64,000 nucleotides of DNA from NCBI RefSeq assembly GCF_009834535.1, contig NC_045696.1, positions 96,040,001 through 96,104,000 of the forward strand. Reading direction: 5' to 3'. Every line of letters starts with the position of its first letter. Position 1 is the first letter of the stretch. The notes below the pieces were generated by a model, which was not told the origin of the DNA, ran no database searches, and was given only the letters and a program-made list of their open reading frames with translations. This DNA comes from Camelus ferus. Its lineage: Eukaryota. Both the position numbers and the translations under genes were made by a program. Shown one piece after another: positions 52,718 through 64,000 of the stretch.

Positions 52718-52827
52718 TTGTTAGCGTGCATGTCAACAGTTCCAGAAGTAATGATCTGAAGGAGGAGGAGGGCCCAGTCTGTTGTCCACTGCGTGCTCCT
52801 CTGCACCGTGTCAAACATTCCTCCCAC
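52718..52827 (-). CDS. MED12L: MED12L exon (110 nt): [36 protein letters not shown](N)
   Basis: Acceptor tatgtgctag, donor gtatgt; phase 0/2. Confidence 0.95.
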
Positions 52828-53799
52828 CTAGCACATAAAAAACACGGTGACAAAATCTGCATAGTGTTACAGAGAAAATATTACCTCCATCACTTCGTGC
52901 AGCCAAAAGTTTGTCACTCTTTCTAGTACCATCAGCACAGGAATTGGTCATTCAAATAAAGGGGGAGGGGAGGGGTACCTGAGTGTGGACACATCATTAG
53001 TATGAATTATACGCTAGTATAACCAGCTCTTTTTTTGTTCCTAAACTTTCATGATATCCAGTTTCATGATGTACCATTTCAGTCTAGTTAAATCTGAATA
53101 GGTCAAAACCAGGAAATCTGATTTATCTGCAACTTTGCATTGTCAATTACTACTGAATCTAAGCCTGTTGCCATAGTAACACTTAGGCATATCCTGTAAC
53201 ACAGAAGTAATGATGAGCAGGAGGCTTGCCCCCAGGTCTGCTGGTTCACGTGTGGGAATTAATATCAAATACCAGGCAAGCCATCATCCAGAGTAGCTTT
53301 TATTTGGGTTTGTGCAGTGATAAAAGAAAAATTCCAAGGAATGTGTAATGGGCAAGGAGTCTTAAATTTCTGTGAAACCTCCCTGCAGGATTTGTCTTTA
53401 TGATCAATTTGATGGAAAGCTTGATAACATTTTGACTTAAAGGACATTTTAATATGGTTTTAAAATAAGCATAGTGAAAGTTTACACTCATCTCAAATCA
53501 GTAGTCCTCTAAGACCTAATCTTGGCACAAATGAAAAAGAATGAGAGAGGTCCCTAGGGGTGCGGTGCAGGAAGCAGCCCAATGCCTAAAATACCTCCTG
53601 CTGTCTAGAAGCCAGACCAGACAGGAAGGACAGAGGCCGGGAAAATGGAAGGTTAGAGAGACAGGGAAGTAGAAAAGAGAGCGAAGAGAGGCACCTTGTA
53701 ACAGGGACTGTGACCATGGTAGGAGAGGAGTGGAGAGCTGGAGTTATTGTCACATTTAGCTAAGTTTAATGGAGGGAAAACGCCAGAAGAGTCTCTTAC

Positions 53800-53889
53800 C
53801 AAATTTAGGCGGAGCTGCAGTGCCTCGTGCATCATCTGCCGAGCTTTTATGTCATCCTGGTATCGTTCTTCTCTCCAGTTACTTAAAAT
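53800..53889 (-). CDS. MED12L: MED12L exon (90 nt): [30 protein letters not shown]
   Basis: Acceptor ctcatttag, donor gtaaga. Confidence 0.95.
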
Positions 53890-54085
53890 CTAAATGAGGA
53901 AAAAAAAAAACAAAACTTGTTTTCCCTGTTAAAATTTGATTCCTCTCATATTTAAAGTTAAATTGAGCTTTTTACTGATAGTCAAAAACAACTTCTTAGT
54001 TTAACAGATAAACAAACAAGGGAAAAATAAAATTTGAGCTTTCCTCCCCTTCCTCCAAGCAGATAGAAATCTGGTTATTTCTTTG

Positions 54086-54135
54086 TTATCTAATTACATA
54101 TCCAGTTAAGAAAAATCTTATCTAATTACATATCC
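54086..54135. repeat. 18-bp direct repeat with 14-nt spacer
   Basis: ttatctaattacatatcc at 54086-54103 and 54118-54135. Confidence 0.9.
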
Positions 54136-55074
54136 TAAGTCCTAGAAAATCCTTTAGGGGGCCATCAAGTTAAGCATTAACAAAAATGAAGGTACTTTAT
54201 TCCTTTGATAACTACGTAAGTTTAAAAAGCTAAAGTTCTAATCTGTTCTTAGAAACAATGATTAGTACATACATATAAACTGAAAAAAAAAATTGCAGTA
54301 TATTATATATATGTATTTATGTGCAATATAATGTATATGTGCAGTTAGACTATAATAATTCTACCTAATAAAATGGAAAAAGGCAAAAAAAATTTTTTTA
54401 ATCTATCATTTCACTGGTCTTATAAAGGTAAGTATGAAGCTAAAGATAGATAAAATTACATTTTATATTGTCTTATATTTCTAGGGACATGCTGTGAATC
54501 CTAGCGAATGTATTATTTTGATATTTCATTGAAGGGAGGCTTGTTACCTTTTAGACTTGTCTTTCTTGATAAGGATTACGTAAGCTATTTTGAAAAATGT
54601 GACATCTTGGGCATCAGTTGAAAGGCATATCAATTTATTAAGAAAGTGCTTCCTGAGTCAGACTAATGTTGGGGAAGGGAAGGTTTGCTTAGGAAGGCAA
54701 ACCACAAGAAGGGAACACCCAGAATCAGATGACATAAGGAAAAAAAAAAAACCCACACTGCCATGCTTTGAAATATGGCTCCTAATAGGAATCATCTTAA
54801 AAGAGCTGAAATGAGTCACATGCAGAAGTAACTGAGACCAACAGATGGACTTGTAAGTGCACTGCACAGTTAAAGGAAAGAACTTTGCAAATCGCATCAG
54901 AAGGTACGGATGGACCTTCCCTAAGGCAGGTGAAAGGTGCAAGGCAGTTTAACAAAACACACAGGCTGTCACAGGGTGTCATGCAGCTGAAATTCTGGCA
55001 GCGAGACAAATAAAAATAAGTTTGGAACATGTGGTATCAATCAGGGCAGGGGGCTAGATAATGACTGTGGTCTG

Positions 55075-55500
55075 ACTTTTACAGAGTGATGGAGTGGAGG
55101 GCAGGGAGTGGCTAAGGAGGTGATATCTGAGCGGAGAGAGACCTGTGGAGGTGAGGGAGGCGGCCATGCCAATAACTAGGAACAGCCTTCCAGGGAAGGG
55201 AAGGAAAGACGCAAAGCCTCTGTAACGAGAATGTGCTTGGCAAGTCCAAGGAACAGCAACACGGACACTGAAAAGAATGGAGTGGGCAAGGCCATGACTG
55301 GCAGGAAACAAGGCAGAGGTGGGAGCCAGTGCCAAATCATGCAGGGCCTTATACAACCAGACAGTGAACTTCTATTCTGTTTTAGTAAGAAACACTGCAG
55401 CATTCTGGGTACTGGAAGAATACGTGGTTTACACTTATAAAGGATCCCTCTGGCTGCTGTGTAGAGAGCAGATCTCACATCGCCAAAAGGTAGGAGATGA
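55075..55500 (-). mobile_element. L2 fragment
   Basis: aggaggtgatatctgagc...gaacagccttccaggg...atcatgcagggcctt...aaggatccctctggctgctgtgtagaga. Confidence 0.75.
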
Positions 55501-56262
55501 CGAGAGGACCAAGTGACTTGTTCGTGTTCATCCAGGACCACTCAAGAAGACACAGTGTCATGGAACCACAGCCCCACAGGACACTCCATTGGGCTCTACT
55601 GCAGGATTAAACACCCCACAGGACCACCCTATCCACTTTGCTCCATTCTATACTTTCTAATTCCAATTTGATCACTCAGTTTCTTTGTGGTGCATTGAAA
55701 ACGAGTGCCCCAAAGAGTGACCAGGAGAACTGTGGTTGGTGGAAAAGCCAAGTTCAGATTCTCTATAAATGAACCAAAATGACTTCTGACTTGTAAGTGA
55801 GTGCCTTGTGCACTTGACCGGCATCCGTTTGGCTCTGGCAGTAAAACTGAGTTTCTGAAGCTACAGAGCTCAAGCTCAGACCCTGCCTGCTATGTGGAAA
55901 CTCAGCTGAGGACCTGGAGAGAGGTCTGTCTGTCTTATGGCCATGCCTCCTGCAACAGATTGCTCCAGCACCTCTCCCAGGAGGCAGGGTCGGGAGAGCA
56001 GTAGAGACGACAAAGTTATGAGCAGTATGCAGATGTTACTTCTATAGTCTACAGGCACTCATCCAACGCATAATTAATATGACACTGTTGTTCATCTCGT
56101 GGTGACCAGAATGCCAGGCAGGAGACAGGATATGGACTATGTTTCCTGCATCTAGTCAAAACCTGTTGGGCCCTTATGAGTTTAATCTCAGTATCTGAAA
56201 GGAGAACAAATGGATGCCGTTAGAAAAATACTTGTCTGGCTCAATATTCTCCTGCACTTTAC

Positions 56263-56374
56263 CTGATTAACTTGATTCTGCAGAGATGTTAGGAGGCCTT
56301 CCCGTTGTTCATCTTGTCCCTTAAGGCAGGTAAGGACCAGTGAGAGGAATGGTTGTTGACTCAAAAGAGACATA
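56263..56374 (-). CDS. MED12L: MED12L exon (112 nt): [37 protein letters not shown]
   Basis: Acceptor cttcatag, donor gtaaag; phase 2/0. Confidence 0.95.
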
Positions 56375-57359
56375 CTATGAAGGAAGTAATAACAGCAGAT
56401 CTAGTTAGAAAGAACACATTACTTCCTGGGCAACACTGATTTCCTGCCCTCGGGTTACTGGCTCTTATTTATTTTACTATTTGAAAAGGGAGTGGAGAAC
56501 GAAACAGCCAAGGCTACCTGAAAAGTTAAATCATATCTCTAACTAACGTGATTAAAAGCCACTGTAATGCTTCTAAATAATTTAATATTTTCTCTTGCCC
56601 CTGAAGGCATTCCCAAACTTACATTCATACTGCATGTGAGTGTGTAGGGGGTGCAAAGATTAGAGAATGTGTCGCTGACATCAGTAAACAGAATGTAAAG
56701 ATACATATCAGGAGGAAAATCACTTGACACACAGAATACAATGAAAAATTTCAACATTTCTCTCAAGCAGTATCCTTATTTGGGGTCCAGGAAACAGGCT
56801 CTAGGATGGTTGTGCTTGTTTTGTTTTTCAGCACATTTCTCAGGACCAAATAGCAGGCATGGGCAGAGCTAAGATTAGCACCAGGTCTGAGGGCTCCAGA
56901 AACAGCAGGCTTGCTAGTGTCCTCTAGGGCGCAGCTCCGCCACATCCCACGGACTTGACTTGTAAAAGAGTTTGAAGACATTTGGTTAAAAAACTCCATT
57001 TTAAAAATTGGCATTTTAGTATTATTTCTTCAATGATCAGAAACAACTGACAAATCACACTGACTAACTTTGCTACGCTGGAAATAAAAATTTCTTAAAA
57101 TGAGATCAAGATCAGAATATTTCAATCTGCTTCATCTTCCACCAGCAGAACAGAGAGAGGCTGACCTGGGAAGAGACATCTTTAAACTCTGCAATACCAT
57201 CTGTCCCCGCCGTGGGAAGTGAGGCAACAGACATAGCATCATAAACTTTGAGAACTAAAATTGAGTCATCTGGTTGGTTAATAAATACAGGCAACAATGA
57301 TGAAACAACCAGATATTAAACAACATACATACAAAACTAGGTCAATATCAAAATGTATT

Positions 57360-57600
57360 TTAATTAAGAGGGCAGATTCAGAGGCCAGACCACTGGGGTT
57401 TAAACCCTAGCTTTATACCTCCTTAGCTGCATGTCCTTGAGAAATTTACTTAATCTTTCAGTGCCTCAGTTTATTCATCTATAAAAAGGACATAATGAGC
57501 ACCCACCACATATGACTGCTGTGAGACTTTAAAAGTTCATGTAGGTACATGAGTTTTATACAGGGGCTGGCATTTCATGAGGGCTCCGTAAATAGCAGCT
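57360..57600 (+). mobile_element. MIR SINE
   Basis: gggtttaaaccctagct...ttacttaatctttcagtgcctcagtttattcatctataaaa. Confidence 0.75.
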
Positions 57601-58264
57601 CCTAAATTATGAGTGATTAGGGGACAAGACACTTGGATGTTCAGAGCTTTTGTTTTTCCACGTTAGGAAGTATCATTATATCCTTCCACTCCTGGGGTGC
57701 TAAATCCATCACACTTTCACATTAGAGTGTGCTTCTGCTCTTTCTTGTTACGTGGTCAGTTTTCCAGTATAATTATCTGAAACCTTTCCTGGGGCATAAA
57801 CTTAAGAAAACATTAAACTTGAAGGCTTATAAGTTAGTATCTAGTCTAGAACAAGAGCCGGAAACATTAAAAATATTAGTAACTATTTCAGGGCCCAGCA
57901 TGACAGAATTATAATTCTATGGCTTTCAACATAAATACTTAAATAATAAGAAAAAAAATTAACTGTTGAATACAGGGACCAAGGGGAGATCCAGATCTGA
58001 TTCAGCAAGTGGGGCTGAAAAGTCAGGATTTTTAACAGTTCGTCAGTGTAATTGGGGCATCTGGGCAGGGCTGAGAACTCGTGTACAAAATATGATCATC
58101 TGGAATCTCTTAGGAACAGAGCCTTGCCTAACAGAATATTTTCAATTCCATTTAAAGATGAAATTTCTGTGGACTCTGTACAATGAGCGTGGATGTCTGT
58201 AGGATTTTGGATTTTCTCAACTGCTCTTTAAACCCTCACATAGAAGTACATCTTCCAGCCATAC

Positions 58265-58426
58265 CTTTTCTGTTTTTGTCTGTCTCGTTCCTTTTTTGAG
58301 GAAGAACCCAAGTGCTGTCCCTTCTCCAGCTCCTCCCCAGCGGCTTTCAACACCCTTCCTTGCACAGAGGTCGGCAGCCTGGCAATTAGGGGGGCCACCA
58401 GCCACACGCCCCTGCGTTCGGAGGAA
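58265..58426 (-). CDS. MED12L: MED12L exon (162 nt): [36 protein letters not shown]...DRQKQK
   Basis: Acceptor gattttag, donor gtatgg; phase 2/2; conserved VWLVAPLI motif. Confidence 0.95.
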
Positions 58427-59237
58427 CTAAAATCAGAAACAGGTGTTATTCCCAAGGAGGCATCCTCTTCTCCCTGCTCTCGCAGTTCCACCGGAAACTC
58501 CAAAGCATAACTTTGATGCACAAGACACACCGATTAGTCTAAATTCTTCTCTTTTATTTCTACACGATCTTTCCTCTATCCAAATACCAGACACTTGCAC
58601 ACAATTTTCAGTCACTGACGGAGAGCAATAAAAGGTGGGGTGCCGAGAGGATACTGTCACTAAACTTTTTTTATAATCTATAAAAGTGTTTTTCCACGGT
58701 TCTGGCTTTCTGAGCAGTGACAGTCCTTTTGTCCAAAGAGTAATACGCTTTTCTGTCATGGTTAAAATAGGAAATGTTCTGATTATGCTTAAGCATGTTA
58801 ATAACCAATTTTCCAAATTTTAAAATCCATTCGTTACACTTTATACCAAAATGATGAAATACAAGTCAATCTGCCTTTTGTGATTATCATTTGAGCAAAA
58901 CTGCCAATTAATAAAGACGGCAGAAAGAGTGTTTCCTACATAATGAATGCCATGGAATACAGTAGCCTCAAGGGACAGCAGAGAAATTCATCCATCCCAG
59001 ATGCCCTCTGTGGTTCCAAAGAGTCTGGGCCTGATTGACTTAATATCCCCAACGCCAAGACATCACCCACCTCAGCAGCACGACCCTTTAACTTATTAAA
59101 TAATGACAATCGACACTTGCAAGTAATTATTTTCTCCACATTCCTGCAGCTTTATGAAAAACTGCTTTGTGCAAATAAAAGGTACAGTTACATGTGAAAA
59201 ATTAATGACAGCAATATAAAACTACAGAAAAAAATAC

Positions 59238-59428
59238 CTTAGGAATGTCTTTATCCCATTCTGTCTTGTGCTGCCTGTATCAGCACTTCCAATCCCGTTT
59301 GGGTTGAAGAGGCCCATACCCGAATTAGGAGAGTTATTGTTCAAGTCGGCGGACTGCTGGAATACCTCTATTGTCGCCTTTGCAATGTTGTCCAGCAGGT
59401 TGTTCATTTCAGCCACCGAACCAGAGCC
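59238..59428 (-). CDS. MED12L: MED12L exon (191 nt): GSGSVAEMNNLLDNIAKATIEVFQQS...GIKTFL
   Basis: Acceptor caactccag, donor gtattt; phase 0/2. Confidence 0.93.
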
Positions 59429-59538
59429 CTGGAGTTGGACGTAAGAAAACCAGCGTGCATGTGTTTTATGCTGCCCTCAAATGTGGTTTAGCTTTTCATA
59501 AAATTTGATAGACATACATGCTTTCAATATGTACTCAC

Positions 59539-59613
59539 AGGGTCCTTCAAACACTGTTTGATCATTAATTGAAGTTCCAGCCAAGACTGCCTCAGTGTCC
59601 ACTGCTCAAGATT
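59539..59613 (-). CDS. MED12L: MED12L exon (75 nt): NLEQWTLRQSWLELQLMIKQCLKDP
   Basis: Acceptor ttttccccag, donor gtgagt; followed by a 110-nt intron. Confidence 0.94.
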
Positions 59614-60177
59614 CTGGGGAAAATGGATTTAACACATTAAAAATATTGAATATATCTTAAAATCTAATAATTCCTTGCAGTTTTCCCTCTCTCAAAAAAC
59701 AGAATAATTCCACACAAAGGATTTATATAAATCAAAAGGCTTCCAAGTCTCTTACAGATATTCATTATAGACACAAAGAAATAAATAGCAATATTAAAAT
59801 AATGTGCCTCACTCAGTTAGGCACGGGAAAGAAAGAAGACAAGCATTTCTCCCAAAAGTTATCTAACTAATCCCATTACAAAATGATTTCAGTATTTTTT
59901 AATAATGTATTTAAGACAATCCCCTACAAAGCTTATTTCTCATGTAAATACAGCACTGAGTTAAAATACCAATACTTATACAATGATTGTATACAATTTG
60001 CAGCATGTATATCTAGCCAGCAATAAAACATGGCAATTACACAAAAAATTGGGAGTTCTAAACTTCAATTAATTCTGACTTTAAGAATTAGTTAACAGTG
60101 ACACATATAACTCTGGTTATAACCACAGAAAAATGTGTCAAATGAGAAAAAATACAATCTTTTAGATTATCACTCAC

Positions 60178-60366
60178 CTGAAGAATACGTTTAATGTGCT
60201 GTCTTTGTAGGTTGTCCCCCTCTGTACATTCTTTAATGCCATGAGGATAACAGATAAGCTGCAATAATTTCTGTGCTTGCATATTTGAGAGCACAGGGTC
60301 CAAGATAAGTTCTTTGTCTGTGCATAATCTTTCAGGTTCTTTTAAGCAGTGTTCTCCTACCCATTC
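60178..60366 (-). CDS. MED12L: MED12L exon (189 nt): [15 protein letters not shown]...QHIKRILQ
   Basis: Acceptor tatttcag, donor gtgagt. Confidence 0.95.
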
Positions 60367-61149
60367 CTGAAAATAACACAGCAGTGAGACTGACAGGCAG
60401 AGACTATCCGTGTATGTAACATGTACTAAAGTCATGGTGCACAATAAAGCGGGCAGGAATCTTCCCATTAAAAAAAATATTAGATGAAAAAAGTAGGAGG
60501 GAACAGACTTACAGACCAATTTTCTAGCATTTTGACATCTTAAAAATACAAAGTGGAACCATGGTTACAGAAAATTTTAAATAAGGAATGCAAAAAAAGA
60601 AATGTGCCGGAAAAAAAGAAAAGAAAGCTAAGTAAAGAAAATACTGGTATGTGTTTTCAGTTGGAGAATGGGGCCTTGCTTTAAGTACTGTTTTGTAATC
60701 ATTCTTTAAACTTGCTATATAACAAGAATGATTCTATATTATAATATGTTTTCATCATTTTTATGATGCATTATAATATATTCCACTGAAGAAACAGAAC
60801 CCAGCATAGCATTTATAAAATTATCTTTCTTTTGGATGCCATAATGAATAATGTTACTGTTATAAATAACTATGTGTGCACATCTATTCTCTGTACAATT
60901 ATTTACTTAGGATAATTTCATAGAAACGCAGTTGCTGGGTAAAGGAGGAGAGCAAAAATTTAAGGCTACTGATGCATATGGCTAACTGACCTCTGGAGTT
61001 TCCACCAATCCAAACCTCTACCAGCTATTCTCTACCATTTTTTCAAAGGCAAACTCTTGTACTAAATGGGGTAAAAAATCACTAACAGTACCAGAGCCAA
61101 ATTTGAACCCAGATCTATTTCAGATGAAACCTGCTTAACTACTACACCA

Positions 61150-61340
61150 ATGGCTCAATGCTGGCTGTCCATTAAAATCATCTGGGGAGCTTGTTAAAAT
61201 TCCAAAGCTCCAGCCCCATACCAGAGCAATTAAATCAATCTCAGGTAATGTCACCCAGACACCAGTAATATTTTAGGCATCAAATTTTCTTAAAACTCCC
61301 CAAGTGACTCTAGTGTGCATCCACAGTTAGAAACCAAGGC
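61150..61340. mobile_element. MER5-family relic
   Basis: aatcatctggggagcttgttaaaat...aaactccccaagtgactctagtgtgca. Confidence 0.7.
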
Positions 61341-61439
61341 ACAACTCAGTATATTCTCAATATCTATATGACTAATAGCTAACGTTTACCATGGTTACAA
61401 TTACCCTTAATAAAAACATGACCCTGTCAACATTATGTC

Positions 61440-63226
61440 TACAGCAAAGTGAAAAAGAGTATATATGGTGTATCTTTTTTTTAATAAAGAAGGAGAATTT
61501 CTACAAAATGGAAAGATAAACCAGAAAATAATGGACTCAATCACCTAGAGCAGGGAGGACACAGGGTAGAAAAGTTAAGGGAGGGAGGCGTGCATCTCTG
61601 AGTACACCTTGTTGCTAGCTGACTCTTGGAAGTACGTTATTCTAAAAACAGAGCCAGGGTAGAAAAAGAAATCTAAACTGAATGCATATAGATATAAATG
61701 AAATCAATTCTATTTCAAGTGAATAACACATCCACAATGAAGGAGAAAAGTCTAAGAACTTTTAAACACAATTCTGTAAACCCTTAGGGAAAACAGAACT
61801 GCAAACAAATCCTCAACTTCTTGCAGTAGGTTTGTTTTTCACAGTGGTGTGGGTGCAGTAATCCTGAAACTACTTCAAGTGTACTGCAGAATTCCACAAA
61901 AGAGCAAATGGCTGATGTTACTGGTAGCCAGGGTTCTTACTGTGGAAGAAGGCAGTAATTAATATGGAATTAATAATATGGAATGGGGGAATGCAAACAA
62001 AAATCTGTGCATTTTGATTGACATTGGTGGTATCAGTATAAACTCATGATTATACACACACACAATTATGCCGATGGATTTTTTTTTTCCCTAGCTCTTC
62101 CTGCTGAAAGGGCCTAGAAGCAATTGCCCACACATTGCCCACAGCAATAAGCACACAGTGCCCAGATCTTGGTTTTCGGCGTTCCATGAAGGAATGAGTA
62201 ATTCCAGGTTCGGTACCGGGAAAGTACAAGACAGGCCAGAAAGTAGAAAATACTTGTTACTCAAAAAAAGACGCGGGGGTGGGGGTGGGGGCGGGGAGAT
62301 GTATGTCAAAATAACACAAAAGCCAGTATGAAAAGATTCATACACTGAACAAATCTGGGACAACTTGAACATGAAAATATCTAAGGACAGTATATTACGA
62401 TCTATACAGAAAACAAATGAACAGAAGGAAAGGAGGAAGGGGAATGGCAGGGAGGGAGGGAGAGGGTAGATTCTACCTGAGAGTAGAATGCAAACTCAAA
62501 AATGTGGAGGGAACAGAGGAGCTGGGAAAAGTCATTTTGCAACCATCACCGTAAAGACTGGTTTGGACAAGAATCAAATGGATGCTATGTGGGAGGTGGG
62601 GGAGTTTGATGAGGAGCAGAAAACTTGGCATTGTCTCAAAGTTGTCTCCCTAAAATTATTTATTAATTGCAAGGGAAAAAATAATAACTATACAACAGAA
62701 AAATCAAAAAACCACTCAATGGAGACAGCTTGATCAAAATTAACATCACCACTGAGGTGCAAATAGACATCACGTGCCTTCGCATGTGATTACCGGAGAG
62801 GAACACAGCCTGTTTCTGGGGTATCTAGGCCAGGAATGCATAATCTGAAGCTAATTTACAGGAAACTTCAGACAAATCCAACATTACTGGGAAACTGACA
62901 AAATTGGAATGCGGCCCATAGGTGAGAAAAAATTTACAGCACCAATACTAAATATCCTGATTCCTGATAACTGTATTTTGCTTATATTAATCAATAAAGG
63001 AGGAAGTATTGAAAAGTAAAGTAGAATAATGTATCTCACATAATCTCCAATGGTTCAACAACAACAAAAAATGTTTTAAGTATACGCATCCACATTTACA
63101 CACAAAAATAGAATTATAAAGCAGATATAGTAATACGCAAAAAAAATGAGTGTTTAAAGGGTATACTAGAGCCATTTATCATGATGACAGCTTTTCAGCA
63201 AATTTGAAATTATTTCAAAACAAAGT
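61440..63226 (+). mobile_element. Ancient L1 (L1MC/L1MD-type) 3' region, ~1.8 kb
   Basis: ttccctagctct...aaagggcctagaagcaa, cagtgcccagatcttggttt, atcaaaattaacatcacc, aatttgaaattatttcaaaacaaagtt. Confidence 0.7.
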
Positions 63227-63338
63227 TAGCAGGAAAAAGAGAACCATCTATGTACAAGTTTCCTACTATACTGGGCCTCTCTCTCCAAAAGAACAGTTAC
63301 ACAGCCAAAGTCAAAGGCAAGTTAAATCTGAAGCGTAC

Positions 63339-63538
63339 CTGTTGACAGATAGTCCTCAGTACATATCGAGCATATTCTCGTAAATTGGCAGTTTCTATGG
63401 AAATGCTTTTCCCGCAGGATTTTGAATTTTGCGAGGCAGCCCAGATGTCATCAGCATTCCCATCCCGTCGTAAACCCCTCACAGCAAAGTCGTCATTCTT
63501 TATAGAGCTGACACTGTTATTGCCAATTTTGGCATCTC
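63339..63538 (-). CDS. MED12L: MED12L exon (200 nt): DAKIGNNSVSSIKNDDF...YARYVLRTICQQ; upstream exons lie beyond the window
   Basis: Acceptor gttatttag, donor gtacgc; phase 1/0. Confidence 0.94.
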
Positions 63539-64000
63539 CTAAATAACAGAATCACAAAAGCAAAATCACAGAAGTTCAAAATATTGCCAGATATTTGGAA
63601 AATAAACGAGCCAAGCATTCAGGGATTTAAAACATGTGAATGGGATCATCATTTCACAGCCAGATGTTCAGCAATAGAGAGAATGGATCAGGAGAGTCAA
63701 TGCTAGAACGCAGAGAAGTTTCACCAGACATGAGGGGGAAAGAAAAAGCACGTTCAAGACTCATTCTTTATTTTATTTACAGAATTAAGTATGCTTTCAC
63801 CAAACTTGGAAAGGCCATTAGGAATCACACTTAATAATCACAGAACATGGATTTCACCAATATTTCAAGCACGAATGTATTCAAATTCATTTGACTTATA
63901 GACAAGGAAAAAAATGGGTTACTCACCCTTCTAGATGTCCCTTTTCCATTTCTTCTCTTACAATGACTTATTTTCTATCCATAGGTCAAGAGAAAAGTTT

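Noticed and set aside
54086..54135. Direct repeat with spacer as a CRISPR-like or recombination site
   Set aside because: Only two copies in a mammalian intron; an ordinary local duplication
51679..64000. GPCR coding exons (P2RY12, P2RY13, GPR87, P2RY14, GPR171)
   Set aside because: No seven-transmembrane ORF in the window; these would lie further along in MED12L introns

Overview
Mammalian genomic DNA, probably laurasiatherian: I recognise no Alu, B1/B2, Bov-tA, PRE-1 or SINEC elements. It covers the IGSF10 / MED12L / P2RY12 locus. The + strand carries the last three coding exons of IGSF10 (1232-5563, 6022-6919, 10260-12170; LRR C-terminal cap, 12 Ig domains, long Ser/Thr/Pro stalk). The final exon has two apparent +1 frameshifts (~10772 and ~11345), which are either assembly errors or a real truncation. 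The - strand carries the last 19 coding exons of MED12L (63538 down to the stop at 16084). All exon phases are consistent, one intron has a GC donor, and the ~3.9 kb 3' UTR appears to run tail-to-tail into the IGSF10 3' UTR. A short + strand non-coding exon at ~51615-51678, inside a MED12L intron, resembles the first exon of the nested antisense gene P2RY12. The rest is intronic DNA with old repeats (L1, L2, MIR, MER5, MER3/MER45A, MER53, MLT1, LTR33-like). I found no convincing previously undescribed system; the notable items are the overlapping-gene architecture, splice anomalies and the IGSF10 frameshifts. Gene and repeat names come from recognition and recall, not from database searches.
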